The position numbers and the translations under genes were made by a program. The notes under the pieces are model-generated. The model worked only from the letters and a program-made list of their open reading frames with translations, was not told where the DNA came from and made no database searches. Source: Camelus dromedarius (Eukaryota). Taken from it: a stretch of 64,000 nt of DNA. Below, piece after piece: positions 14,730 to 27,818 of the stretch; position 1 is the first letter of the stretch, and every line of letters begins with the position of its first letter. The stretch is taken from the NCBI RefSeq assembly GCF_036321535.1, contig NC_087436.1:41418001-41482000 (forward strand), given 5' to 3'.

Positions 14730-14930
14730 GCTTCTCTCTTTCTTTTTCCTCCCTTCTTCCCTTCCTCCTCCTTTCTTCTTCTTCTTCCCATTCCTCTTCC
14801 TCCTCCCTTTCCCTCTCTTATTCTTTTCCTCCCATACTTACCTTCCTCCTCTTTTTATCCTCCTCCTCCTTCTCATCTTTATTCTCTTCCTCCTCCTTTT
14901 TCTCCTCCTCTTTCTGCTTTTCATTCTCCT
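14730..14930. repeat. CT-rich (TCC/TTC) low-complexity polypyrimidine tract
   Basis: Directly visible. Confidence 0.9.
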
Positions 14931-15865
14931 CGTTTCTGTTTAAACAAATCATTATGCACCAAAGCAGCATCCTTGCCAGGGCATTTCCTTTCTCACCAAA
15001 AGCAAAGTGTATTTCAAGCAATCAGTATATATATAGACATATTAAAATAGTTATTAGCATCAATGGACTTCAGTTATATTAAGACTTGCTAATTAGCAGT
15101 AAAGAATGTAACTTCATTGGCATTTTAATGACATCATCAGTACTTGAAAATATCAAGTCACATTGTTAAGGAAGAATAGCTAATTATAATGTAAACAAGT
15201 TACCTCTGACATGTTTAGAATGATTGTCTCCTATAATATTTCTGTCCTTAAATCCAAAAATATTATGAATGCCATTTTACTTTCTACTGATGAATTACCT
15301 TGGATTAAGTGAACTGTAGGAGAAAAAATTCTTAGAAAATAGATACAAGCATGTTCTTTGCAATCTTTTATGAAATCAAGGGTAGTTGCAAATGAATATA
15401 TCAGTAGCATATGTTAATTCTGTCTTGGTATACTGTAGAGATCTGTGGTATACAGTAGGTGTTGGCTTCACATGATGTTAGCAACTAGTTTCAGTTCCCT
15501 TCCTTACTATATAATGGGTATTATGATTGTTGTTAACATTTTGAACGTTGATTTCAGTGTTTATTTTAAGGACTAAAGAAGAAAATGAATGAAATACTGC
15601 TTACAGATTTGTCAACAAAAATATTTATCTTGTCCTTTCCTCTCTACTAATAGTAACAAAGCATTTTGGCCCTGTAGTCAATATTTTCAGAACATGTAAA
15701 AAGGTAATAAAATATTGTTGAAATGGTTGTGTATGCAAACATCATGAAAGACAATCACTGTAAAATTTCATGTCTACTCCTGTTAACAAAGTAGAAAAAG
15801 AAAAGTGTAAGCATGCGAAGTATGTATGGAACATCAGGAAATGTATATCAGCTATCTCCACTTCT

Positions 15866-16712
15866 GTGCTATCAGTTTATCTTAGTTCCAAATTCACCCT
15901 AAAGTGTACTCTTTGATATTAGATGATTTTCTTCAAGCATTTCCCCACTAAAGTGAGCACTGTGCTAAACTTTCTGGACAGGGCACTGTAGGGACACTGC
16001 AGAAAGAAGGGATGGATTCTCCTGCAGATTCTGGTGACTGTGAGCTGTCTGGATGTGAGGACATACTGTTAAGCTTGCCCCAGCCACATATGCAGAAAAC
16101 AGTCCTAAGTGACCTCTCAAATTTGACCTCTCAAATAACTTTCCCTGGGACCCTTTCAACACAAACAACAGTGCCTTAAAAACTTCTGCTGTGTAGAATC
16201 CTTGATGCCCCCTCTACAAGCCCGTGCAATGAGATACTTGTAACAAGGAGAGTTCCCATTGAGCCTTACTACCTGTGTAAACCCTGGTATGGTCTGCCTG
16301 TGTACCGTGGGTTCCTATGTAGTTGGCTCCCTCGGCAGCTCCCTCAACCCCACATTTTCTGTATGAACATGCCAGGAGTTGTTGCTCACCTGCTTCCTGG
16401 CTGCAGTTATGAGGGGTTGCTTCCTGCTTGCCCTGCTACTGTGGATCAACTCCCACTTGAGCAAATCAACAAATTTCTCCACTATCCACTAGATCGAACT
16501 GCACTTTTTCCATTGATGTCTGAACCACAGCCTTGGGGAGGTTCAAATTTGTTCTTTGGGTACTGTCTCTCAGCTATAGGGTACCATAAAGGGTTTCCTT
16601 TTATCATACAGCTACTCTCCTATCATAGAATAATGATTTTTTTCCATCAAATTTCTTGTATTTAACCCACTATATTGTTTCTATATCCTGACTGGCTCCA
16701 GACTAATATACA
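15866..16712. mobile_element. Old ERVL-type LTR sequence, probably two nested LTRs (outer LTR33-like ends, inner GC-richer LTR at about 16047-16605)
   Basis: TCCAAATTCACCCT...GGGCACTGTAGGGACACTGCAG on the left and TCCTGACTGGCTCCAGACTAATATACA on the right resemble one ERVL LTR family; abrupt GC rise; family assignment uncertain. Confidence 0.5.
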
Positions 16713-17249
16713 TTTAAACTATTATTGTAAGCTGCTACCCCAGTGCTGTGAAAATACAAAAAAAAAGCCATACTTTAAGTCGCGAATCAGCATTCACTGT
16801 TTTTCTTTAACCTCCTCTCACTGACTTTGAGCTCTCTCCTACTAACAGACTTTTCTGTTTCATCATATATTCTCCTATTCTGTTGTTGAAACTCAGTACC
16901 CTGTTAGACACATAGTAGAAATAAAGTAACTGATTGAGTCCAGGAACCAAGCTCACAAAAATAAATATTGTAATGTATTAAGATGACATGCCATTTCAGC
17001 AAATTTGAAAGCATTGATTACTTTTAAGACATAAAGGAGTAAGAGGTGCAAAAGACAATAAATGTCTGATTATACATGTGCAAATGGGAAAATTGAATCT
17101 CAGAGAGAAAAACTAACTCATATTAAAGCCAATAGTACTGTGACACTGAGCAAGGATTTTACCTCATGAGTCTGATTCCAGAGTTCATGTTACCTATAAA
17201 CTGTGTGCTTAGCTCATTGGCTTTAAATTGTACAGAAAAGAGTAAACAA

Positions 17250-17350
17250 GAAGGGATAGTGAAAGGAAGGGAAGAGAAGAGAGAAGAGAGGGAAGAGAAG
17301 GGGAGGGAAAGGAAAAGGAGGGGGAGGGTAGAGAAGATGAGAGAAAAGGA
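17250..17350. repeat. GA-rich low-complexity purine tract
   Basis: Directly visible. Confidence 0.85.
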
Positions 17351-18737
17351 AAAAAATCAAGCAGAGACAAGAGAGTAGAAGCAGTATAATTAAAAAGGTT
17401 TTTGAAAAGATGATTTAAAGAGTTTTTAGGACCTACTGAAGTCTTAGTCTGCCATTGCCCATTGTAAATATTGAAGGAAACAGGTTTATTTCATCCTGGA
17501 ACTCATTCATCTTTGACTTTGCTGGATGCAAACTCTGGCACTTTTGTAAGGAAATGCTGGAAAGAAAGATATTCATATCATTTTAATTTTTCATTAATTT
17601 TGAATTATAGCCCCAAAATGAAAAAAATTGTGTTTTATAGTAAAATAAGTTAGTTAATGTAGTGTGCCAGAAAACTGGTTTCATTATTTGCAACAAAATG
17701 TCTTTTCTACATACAAAGGTATCGTCAAGGAAATAAGTAATATTATTGATGCTCATGAGAAAGTTAAGAGAATCATATAATGGTATTTATCTGCAATTAA
17801 AATATTCATAATGTTGGTATGAAACAGAAAATTAATCCTCAGCTAAATGAACTAGATAATTATAATGAAAATAAGGAATATGAGACTTATCAGTTTGTGT
17901 GAGAGACTTAACGTTAAAATAAAAAGGAAAAAAAAGAACATTCAATATAATATCAGCTTCAGAAAATTTTCTTTGCTGGGAGCTAACTATATTTGTTATA
18001 GTGGAGAAAGTTTGAGATTAAGATATAAAGTAATTGTGACAAATTTAAAGCAGAAAAGAAAAAACAATTTTTTAAAAGCTTGTAAAATACAGTTTGCTGT
18101 AACTTCCAGACTCTAATTTTGATTATCTTATTTAACTACTAAAATAAACAGTGATATATTTAGGACAGTATTGATCATGAGAATCAGGGGTGAGGGGGTG
18201 GTCCAATTTTAGCCCAGAATAGAAAATTATCTGCTGTGACTTCTACATCTGTTCACAAAGCAGAGCTTTTGTTGCAGTTTGAAATCGCTTGCTGCATACT
18301 GTATTAAGACTAGAAGATACCAAGGTCAGTGTTACAGCCTGTAAAGTTAACTGAACAATAAATATAACAAATATATTAAACACTGATGAGTCTTAAAGCT
18401 CTATCTGAAGACAGTATTATGCCTTTTATAAATATGTATCTTATTTTAATTTTTAAAAATAACATTGCATTTTATCAAATCTACATCGGAGTTTGCTTTG
18501 GGAAGTATTTGCATATTAATCATGAATAAAATATGTAAGAAAAATGAATGTCACCTATAGCAAAATCTATTCAAAATACTACCATAAAGCTAGCAGCAGG
18601 AATTCTCTAAATGAATAGAAATAAATCACATTTAATAAATTATAAATAGGAAAAAAAAAAAGCATGCCAAAATTTTCCTGGAGGCTCATGACCTCAGCGT
18701 CTAAATATAATTATTTTAAATACTAAAGTTGCCTTAC

Positions 18738-18846
18738 CTGATATCTGTGATATATTATTGCTGACAACTTTTCTCCTTTGTAATATAATTTTTGTGAAGC
18801 TTGAAACTCCATGTACACCAAGGTATGGCTGTGCTGCAGAAATTCA
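18738..18846 (-). other. Candidate 109-nt exon (host unknown)
   Basis: Minus strand: CTAAT branch-like motif, TTCTTTGAATTCCACATTCCTCACAG acceptor, CAG|GTAAGG donor; one open frame reads EFLQHSHTLVYMEFQASQKLYYKGEKLSAIIYHRYQ. Confidence 0.25.
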
Positions 18847-19269
18847 CTGTGAGGAATGTGGAATTCAAAGAATCATATTAGAAGAAACAGGTTACTTTTA
18901 CCTAGCTATTTAATAAAATTTTAGTTTGACAAACATTATGTTGGTCGTAGGGAATCACTTTCGAAATGTAATATCACATTCTCATTTCCTTAGGCTTTGT
19001 AAATAAATATACAGCTGGGAAAACATTTGCAATATCTTTTATATTTCAAATATAGTTTATTTAGAAACTTTTCTTGCATCAGAAATATTCCTAGAGTTAT
19101 GGTAGGGATTCTGAGTAGTGGATAATGTGAAAAAAAAATTTGGTGAAATAATAATTGAAAAAGAAATATGTCTCAGTAACATTGGGTGGTTAAAAAAAAA
19201 AAAGTAGCATTACAAACCAGCAAGCACAAAAATAGATTCTCTTTATAGATCTGATGGCCTCGAAGTGAA

Positions 19270-19870
19270 GCCCACAGGCTCTTGTTTCAAAATGCCTGGG
19301 TTTGATCCTAATTCTTACAGTTACAAATTTTATAATTGTGGGAGAATGATATAATCCTTCTATGCTGCAGTTTCACTATCTGTAAGCTAGAGATTAATAT
19401 GAGTACCATTAGTCATATTTCTTGTCAATTTCTTCTTAATGTAAAATCATACATATGAATATTAATTAATATATAATTAATATATTAGCTATGCTGTGAT
19501 CTTAATGTTTGTCCATCAAAATTCCTTTGTTAAAGACTAATTCCCAATGTAGTGATATGAGGAGGTGTGTTCTTTAAGAGGCAATTAAATTATGAGGATA
19601 GATTCTTCATGTTGGGAGTAGTGTCCCTAATAAAAGAGACCTTGGAGAGCTCCCCTGACCCTTCCATTATGTAAGATTACAGTTAGAAAGTACCATCTAT
19701 GAGGAAGTAGACTCTCATCAGACACAGAATCTGCCAGTGTGGTACTTTGTTATAGAAGCCCAAAGGGCCTGGCAATTAATTTAAGTTAATGTTAATTAAT
19801 ATATGTTAAAGCACTTAAAGGTTTACTTGACCTACCACATGAACTTTAATAAAAGTTAGTTGTTATTATA
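19270..19870 (+). mobile_element. MIR split by the MLT1A insertion
   Basis: TGCCTGGGTTTGATCCTAATTCT...CAGTTTCACTATCTGTAAG on the left; AAAGCACTTAAAG...AATAAAAGTTAGTTGTTATTAT on the right. Confidence 0.6.
19492..19773 (+). mobile_element. MaLR solo LTR (MLT1A/MLT1A0-like), internally deleted
   Basis: TGCTGTGATCTTAATGTTTGTCC...AAAAGAGACCTTGGAGAGCTCCC...CAGACACAGAATCTGCCAG joined directly to TGTGGTACTTTGTTATAG. Confidence 0.8.
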
Positions 19871-20730
19871 AGGTTTTTTTGTTAAATGTTTATAATTTAT
19901 TCTACAAATAAGAGTATTATCTACATCCAAATTCATTTAAGAGATTAATATGAATAATTTAAAATGCAGGCCTAAGTTAGGTGTATTTCCTTGACATTAG
20001 AACCACATGCAAATCAATCTTCCCTTGGTAAATTCTCAAAAGTAAAAGAAAATGCTAAACCTCAATTGAACAATTAAAGTGCATAATTCTCAACATTTTC
20101 TTAATGACACATTATGACGTGTTTTAGTCATTCATACTGATTAATGAAATATGTAAGGGCTTATAAATGAAGAAAACCAGTCTTTCAAAACTAGGCTTTA
20201 AATGCTTATAAACATAGAGCTTTGTCAAGAAAATGTTGGAAAAGTTTGAGTTGGTAATCTATGACATTGTTATTGTAATTCATTTTTTGAATGTAAACAT
20301 ATTAAATGTATCCCTGAATTTGTATGTTCATACCTATATCAAGTTAGTATTGTGACTTCAGCATTATTTACACTTTTGGAAATATGGAAGCAGTAAACAA
20401 AACATAAAGTCTCTATCCAGAAGGAAGAGAAGGGAAACAAAACGTAAGAAACAAATAAATTAAATTCAGTAAGTGGTGCTGTGAAGTAAATAAATCAGAT
20501 GATGTGCAGAGAGTACTGGGAATGAAGGTAATTTAGAAAAGTTGGTGAATTATGCCTCTCTAAAGTGAAACCAGAAATGAGGAAGGAACCAGCCCTTGGA
20601 GGGCGTGGTGACTTAAGGTACAAAAGCTTTAAGGTAGTAATCAGCATAGTGGCTTTACAGAAGGATGGAGAGGAAGCTGTCAAAATTAGAGCACTAAACT
20701 AGGGGAGAAAGGGATTTGAAATTAAGGGTC

Positions 20731-21510
20731 TGCACTCCATTCCGATGTGGTGGAAGGAAGGGAGTTTCCCCATACCAAGCAAGCAATTCTTCAACACAAG
20801 CTGGTTGTCCTGCAGTTCAACTCAAGTCTGACACCATCTACTCAGAGATAGCATCAGATTCCACAGGTTAAGGCCTTATTCCCATGAGACTACCTTCCAC
20901 TTGAGGTGCAAGTCACAGGTTCAGACTTTTACCTGTACTTCTGACCAACCGGCTATAAAAATTGGAAGTTTCCAAGATCCCCTCCTTGGGTTTGGATTAT
21001 TTGCAGCAGTTCACAAGACTTAGGAAACCAATTTACTCATTAGATTACTGGTTTATTACATAGGATATAAAAGATGAAGAAATATGTAGGGTGACTTCTC
21101 AAACAAAGGAGTTTCAGTCCTCATGGAGTTTGAGCACCAGCAGTGGCATGTGGAAGTGTTTTGGTTCTCCAACCTGGAAGCTCTATGAACCCTCCCCTTT
21201 TGGGTTTTTATGGAGGCTTTATTACATAGGCATGATTGATTAAAAAACTGTTTGGTGATTGATTCAACTTTCTACCCCTCTTTGCTCCCCATAAATTAAG
21301 GGGTGGGACTGAATGTTATAACCCTCTGTTCTTGATTGGTTTCCATGGTGATGATTTGTATATTTAGGTGTTTTTCAAAAGTCACTTCATTCACATGAGA
21401 AAAGACACCTTTGTTGCTCTCATACCTTAAAAAATTTCAAGAGTTTAGGAGCTCTGCCAGGAGCTGGGAATTCCAAATATATATTTCTTATTATAAATTA
21501 CAATATCACA
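20731..21510 (-). mobile_element. MER21-family solo LTR inserted in an L2
   Basis: Characteristic CAACTCAAGTCTGACACCATCTAC...ATAGCATCAGATTCCACAGGTTAAGG and terminus TTATTATAAATTACAATATCACA. Confidence 0.8.
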
Positions 21511-21514
21511 AAGA

Positions 21515-22200
21515 TGCAACCTGAAATATAGGCAGTTAGCAGATCATGTAGGTTTAGATTTTAAAATAGTCTTCTACTGTAGAAAACCAAAAAACCAAAC
21601 CCAGAGTGTTTTAACAGATGAGGAACACTTAAAAAAAAAAATCCTTCTGGGTTCTATAAGAAGTATATGGTATAGAGACAACAAAGTATAAGCAGGGAGT
21701 TGAGTTAGTAAGCTATTACAACAATCTAAATAAAAATATGAATCTTAGACAATAGTGATATTAGTGAAGATGACAGGAGGAGAACACATTGGGCATTTAT
21801 TCTGAGGCCGAGTCTAAAAGCTCTTTGAAGAATTAAGTGTGGGGATAAAGGAATGAGCCGGAATCAAGATATCTCTTAGGTTTTCGGAGTGAGCAACTGA
21901 GGGAAGAGTAATGCAGTTCATATTTACCAGCATGAGGAAGATTGAAATGAAGATATATCTTGTGGAGAGTGAGGGCAGACAAGACATCCTAAGTTCAGAT
22001 GCCAATGGGACAAACAATTAGAAGTGTAGCAGGTAGTAGTATATGTGGTTCTGTGGTTCAGGGAGAAGTGGGTATTCTAGCTATAAATTTGCAAGTTACT
22101 TGTCATATAGGTGACATCTAAGGCCAGAGCATTGTGTGATATCCTCTAGGCAGGGCATGCAGATGGAGAAGTGAGGCTTGGATTAAATCCAAGTGAACAT
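21515..22200 (-). mobile_element. L2 fragment, continuing at about 20500-20720 on the other side of MER21
   Basis: Purine-rich antisense L2 wording (GGAATCAAGATATCTCTTAGGTTTTCGGAGTGAGCAACTG; GGTTCAGGGAGAAGTGGG...TATAAATTTGCAAGT). Confidence 0.65.
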
Positions 22201-22772
22201 CTAAATTTAACAAAATGGGAGGAATTGGAAGAATTTTCTAAGAGAAAAACAGATTTGAATAAGAATGTAGTTGTTTAGAATAAAATCAAAATAGAAAACA
22301 AGATATTAAAAGCTTTGTTTGATAATGAGAATACTGTTGTCATAAACATACAAATACTGATAGATGAAATCTATTTACATTATGTTTATATTCTTTGTGA
22401 CATTTGCTAGGCAATGTTCTAGGCTTTTAATGAGTGTTAGCTCATTTTTATGCATTTGGCAATAAGGCAAATGGACAGAGATTCAGTGTAGTCCCCAAAG
22501 ATGACTCTCATGTTAAGTGCCAGTCATTTGATATGAAATGTAGCTAGTCCCACAATAAATATTGTTTATCTAAATTAATTTGGAAAAACATTTTAAATAT
22601 GTACATAATTTAAGCTGAATTAAGGTAAAACCCCCTAACAAATGTAAAATAGTATGCAGTGTATGACTAAATATAAGTATAAAACCAGAACATAATGTAC
22701 AACACTGTTAATAGTTTGAAAGTTATGAAATGAATCAAAATCTATAAATTAAAAAAGAATTCTGAATCCTAT

Positions 22773-23437
22773 TGTTACTGAACCAAACTTGGATCCACTT
22801 GCCCAGTCTTAGTAAGGCCCCTCCACTGACACTGGGTTGTGGTGAAGGTTTATTGCAAGGTGTCCAACATGGGGCCAAGCAAGGAAAATGGTCAGCTCAT
22901 GCTTAAAGACCCAAATTCCCCAGCGGATTTCAGGGAAAATTTTTTAAAGGCAAGTTGAAGGAAAGTCTCAGAGTGCATGATCAGCTTGTGTACAATTCTC
23001 TGATTAGTTGATGGTCAAGTAACAAGGTGATGTCACAGATGTTAATATTATCAATCCTCAGGCTCCAGCCACTCTGGGAACTACGTGCTCATGGTCGTCA
23101 TGTCGTTCTTCCATCTGGTGGGGGTTTTAGTGTCTGGAAAACAACTCAGAAATGTGCATCAGACACTGTTATCTACGTCCTTCAGGGAGGAACTAAAGAG
23201 TGACTCTCCTATATGATTGGTCTATTGTTGAAATTGTTACCAGTTCTCCTGGCCCAACTTTTATTTTTTGTTACTGCATGTTAACATTTTTCCAATCATT
23301 AACTCTTGAACTAGCCTTTTGTAACTCAGGGGAGGTTTGAGAGACTAAAGCTTTTCCATAAACAAGAGGCAGGTGGAGGACATGGTTGGTGGGGTGATCT
23401 ATCCTAGGAAGGCCCCATAGGGTCCTGCTTGGTTACA
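22773..23437 (-). mobile_element. ERV1-class solo LTR (665 bp), copy A
   Basis: TG...CA termini (TGTTACTGAACC ... TTGGTTACA); perfect 4-bp TSD CTAT at 22769-22772 and 23438-23441; AATAAA on the minus strand near 22850. Confidence 0.9.
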
Positions 23438-25719
23438 CTATTAAAGTAATATTTTCTTTCATAATTTAACCTTCATTAAATTCATAAAATTTCTGAAATT
23501 CCTTTCATAATTTTATAATTAACATATAATTAATGTGTTCTAGAAATATAATAAAATGTGATTTATTAAGCTATCTGCTGCTTCACTGATTAAATAGCTG
23601 ATTCCATTGATCTGCTTGACTATTAAATTTTATGTCCTCCTTTACCAATCTGTGTGCACACTATCTGAAATTTAAGGCTGTGTCAGAGAAACATGGTAAA
23701 GAGAAGTATAGTTCTTCAAAACATTGTATTCAGAAATCTACAGTTTCTCAACCAAAGAATTTTCTAGTTGAGTGATTCTAGCTGAACCTCTCTAAATATT
23801 CCAAATACATCATGACAGAACAGCTATAAAATATCACAAAAATTTCTATACAGATAGCCAAACTGGAAGTTGTAATCAACAGTATTTACTTTTTGTTCCA
23901 GCTGAGTATTCTATACAGTTTTTAATCCTGGAGGTCAAAGGTTTTTTTGCTAAAATAGTTTTAATAAGTCTTAAAATTATCTTAGAGAAATGGATAATAG
24001 CAATCAAGGGCATGTGCAAAGAAATTTTCATTTTCCTATGGCAAGGTCAAGTTAAATAAAATGGTTCTAAGCATTTTTTCTCTAAATTTATAAATTTCAT
24101 TTGATGTTCTTGTCAGTAACTTTCATTTTTGTAAATTTTGTTTTTCTTTAATGGAAACTGCTTTTTGTATTTCCCAGTGACACATTTATCTCTGCGATGA
24201 GCTCAGTACTTGCTAGCTGAAAAGATATAGTATGTGACATTGTTGCTCAGTTTAACTAAATGCAATACAACATGTATTTGAACTGTAGCATTAAGATGGA
24301 ACAGAAAAGCTAAACTAATTTTAACTTCTGGAGAAAACACAAAGCAAAGAAGTGATCCCTTCTACACTAACTGCCAGATGTTCATAAATAGACAATATAA
24401 AAACCATGTCAAAATTTATTCAGTGACACATTATGAAAATATTAGGAAAGAGCACAGAGATGATACCATCTTAAAAGCTATCAGAGGATAGGTCAGAAAC
24501 CACATAAAAATAAGATCAAATAGAAACTCTTTACCAACAATGTGATACAATGCAACCTTTCTGATACCTAGCAAAGACTGCATTCAATCATAGGGTGTTT
24601 GTATGATCCTGTAGACATATTTTATATTTCATAATGAAACACTATCAGAATCTTCAGAGTGGGGAAAGTTCTGGTAATAAATTTGTCACAACATGATGAA
24701 TCCAAACAGAGTGAATCAAGATATAAATATAAAACTTTGAAGTTTTCATCCACTCTGGCTCTTAGAGAGACTTGACTGGACTGGCAATGTCAACGTGATA
24801 AACTATATAGTGAGGGCTTCTTGGGTTTTTCTTAGAAAAAAATATTATAGGAATACCAAGATCAGTCTCTTGTCATAAGAATTCTGAACATCAAACTTGG
24901 AAATAAAGCATTTATGTAGTATATAATAAAATGGAGCATTTAACTTTTACTTGATTTTTTTAAAGTTTTCTTTTTTTTATGTAAGCAGCTGCATCATAAA
25001 CATATTCAGTGGTATCTGAAAGTTGTTCTTGAAGTGGATTGGGTTCAAATTGAAGATTAAGAACCAAGTTGCAGGATTCCCAGTTTTAACAGTTTTCTCT
25101 CAACTAAAGCCTTGCATGCTTATATTCTGTGCATAAGATGACTTTCCCTAAATGCTAAGGCATGTCACATAATTTCAAGAAGAGGTATGGAAATGGAGTA
25201 ATTCATCACTTATTAAAAAACTTTACTGTAATTTGAGAAAGCCTGAAACTGTAACATTAAAGTAGAAATAAAAAAGAAAATTGTTAACCCAAGCTATAAA
25301 TATATTAGAATTATTCAGTGTACATATAACACAGTAGTAATGCTTTAACAAGTATTTGTTAAATTAATTAATTAAATGAATAAATGAATTTGTACTATAC
25401 AAAGAGGAAAAAAATTAAGTATCCCTATTTACCCATTCCTTCATATGCTCAGCTAGCAACTGGGCAAGCACCTCTCATGATTATTTTAAAAACAATTCCT
25501 TTTATGTGTAAGAGGTAGAACCAAATGCCTCAAGACCATCCTGGGCATGGATTTGGTGCCATTAGAGTTTCCAGGTCTGATATAGTTATTAAATATTAAA
25601 TCCTACAAACATATTATTGACTTTGCCTGAAATATCATCAACCAGTATATAATGAGTATTTTGTTTATTTACAGGGGTAGATTCCCCTAACTACATATAG
25701 TGAAAATTGCAAAACTAAA

Positions 25720-26600
25720 AGTGTATTATTTGATAAACTGCCATAGTAGCTCTGGCTTCTGTGTTGAGAATAAAATGCAGAAGCATAAGAAAGAAAAAAA
25801 CCCATTAGGAGATAAGATGGTATCTGCTTTATTTCAAATACATTTTGTAGATAAAGTAAAAAAGACTCCTGATAAATTCAGTGGGGTATGAAAGATAGGT
25901 GGACAGAGGAACATGTGAAAATGAGGGAGTTACTATTAATGAAATTGTGAAAAGATAATCCTGAGTCAGATTTCTGGGGAGAGCACATTGGGAGTTCAAT
26001 TTTGACACCTGATTGTAAATCTCTATTAGGGCATTGTATGTGTAAGTCTAAACTTTGGGACACATAACTGGAGTATATATACAAATCTGAGTGTCATTGA
26101 TATATAAAGAGATTATAAAATCATGATACTTGATGAATTCAGTAGAATGGTACAAGTAGAGAAAGTGAAAAGCCAACAACCCGAGTGTGTACCATGGGAA
26201 ACTCGAACATTAAAAAGTCAGAGAAAAGAATAACAAACAATTAAGAATGATAGGGATCTACCAGGGACATAGGAGTGCTCTTGAAGCCAGGTGAAGAAAA
26301 TGTCTAAGAAGGAGACTTAATCAACTGTACCAAATGCTGTTGCTAGGTCAATTAAGGGAAGACCTGAGAATTAATGTCTAGATTTAGGACTATGAACATC
26401 AAATCCTGACTGACTGAATTCAGAAAGAATGAATGGACAAAAACTAAAGATGGCAGATGAGGCAACTTCTTTGAGAAAAATTTTGACAGAAGTGTCAAAG
26501 ATATATGGTAGTAGCTAACATAAGTAATGAGATTAAGAGATTTATTTTTTAATTATATGGGAATAAAGAGAGTATGCTTATATCCTGATGGGAATAATCC
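25720..26600 (-). mobile_element. L2 fragment
   Basis: GGGAGTTCAATTTTGACACCTG; TCAACTGTACCAAATGCTGTTGCTAGGTCAATTAAG...GACCTGAGAATT typical of antisense L2. Confidence 0.65.
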
Positions 26601-27217
26601 AAAAAGGAGAGAGGAAAAGTAGGCTAGAAGGGAGACATTCTGCTGTAGGTGGGCATAAAAAATTGACCCAACCTCTCCTTCTGCATTCTGAACTCTAACC
26701 AGCCACTAGCTGGACCTACCTTCCCCAACAGAGGAATATACATGAGTTAGTAGAATTTAGCCTCTTGGGCACATAACAGGAAAGTACACAGCAAATAATA
26801 AATCTGTCTGGGGAGGGAAACAATGCAGGTGGAGAATAATCAGAACATTATCTTTCTTTTCCCAAATAAAATATTAGAAATCATTTACTCATATTGTAGA
26901 TAATAAAATAAATAAAACAGTGTTGTGTCAATTACCATTTCAGAAATGTTTCTTAACTAGCTAAGAATTTAAGATATATTGATTTTAGATGATTAAATAT
27001 TGATATTTAATATAAATGTTAAGTAAATATTATAGAAAATGAGCAATTAATATTTCTGTTCTTTAATAGAAACATTGTTATTTTTATGTGTCTCATGAGG
27101 AATTATATATATTTGCTTTGAAATATTCCAATATATTTCATGTGGTCCAAATAAATATTGATAATTATGACTCTATTAATGTTTTCAGTCTTACTGGTTC
27201 TTAGCACTCATATTAAG

Positions 27218-27600
27218 ATTTATTTTATTTTTTAAATTTTTAAAATTTTATACAATTTTTATTACTTCCTATTTTACAGTTATTACACAATATTGGCTAT
27301 ATTCCCTATCTCATACAATACATCCTTGAGCCTATCTTACAACCAGTAGTTTGTACCTCCCACCAGTAACCATTAGTTTTTCTCTATATCTGTGAGTCTG
27401 CTTCTTTTTTTTGCTATATTCACTAGTTTGTTGTGTTTTTCAGATTCCACAAAGAAGTGATATCGTACATTATTTGTCTTTCTCTGTCTGATTAGTTCCA
27501 CTTAGCATAATGCCCTCCAAATCCATACATGGGCTGTAAAAAGTCAAAATTTGATTCTTTTGATTCTTTTTATTGACTGAGTAGTGTATCTTCGTATATA
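27218..27600 (-). mobile_element. L1 3' end fragment
   Basis: T-rich tail followed by CAGATTCCACAAAGAAGTGATATCGTACATTATTTGTCTTTCTCTGTCTG...CACTTAGCATAATGCCCTCC. Confidence 0.85.
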
Positions 27601-27818
27601 TATAATTTTGCTAAATAAACAATTTATAGGTACAGATTTTTTAATCTAGAGAAAATGTTACCAATTTAAATACAAGTGACAAATTATTGTTATTAGTAGT
27701 AGTAGTATGTATTACGGTTTTTTACAGTTTGATATTACATTTAAACCTCATTAAATTAAGATACTTTAATTCTGAATTTTAAAAAATTTAATGTGAACTT
27801 ATAAGAGTTTATCTTTTT

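Noticed and set aside
14724..15050. Pro/Ser-rich 108-aa ORF and Glu/Lys-rich antisense ORF (also 17166-17378)
   Set aside because: Artefacts of low-complexity CT/GA tracts that lack stop codons.
16300..16665. 121-aa ORF
   Set aside because: Lies in a GC-richer LTR-like block, has a non-ATG start, and shows no recognisable homology.
24178..24229. Exon-like segment (TTTCCCAG...GTATGT); similar ones at 5110-5159 and about 32800-32861 (minus)
   Set aside because: Weak donors and in-frame stops; indistinguishable from background pseudo-exons.
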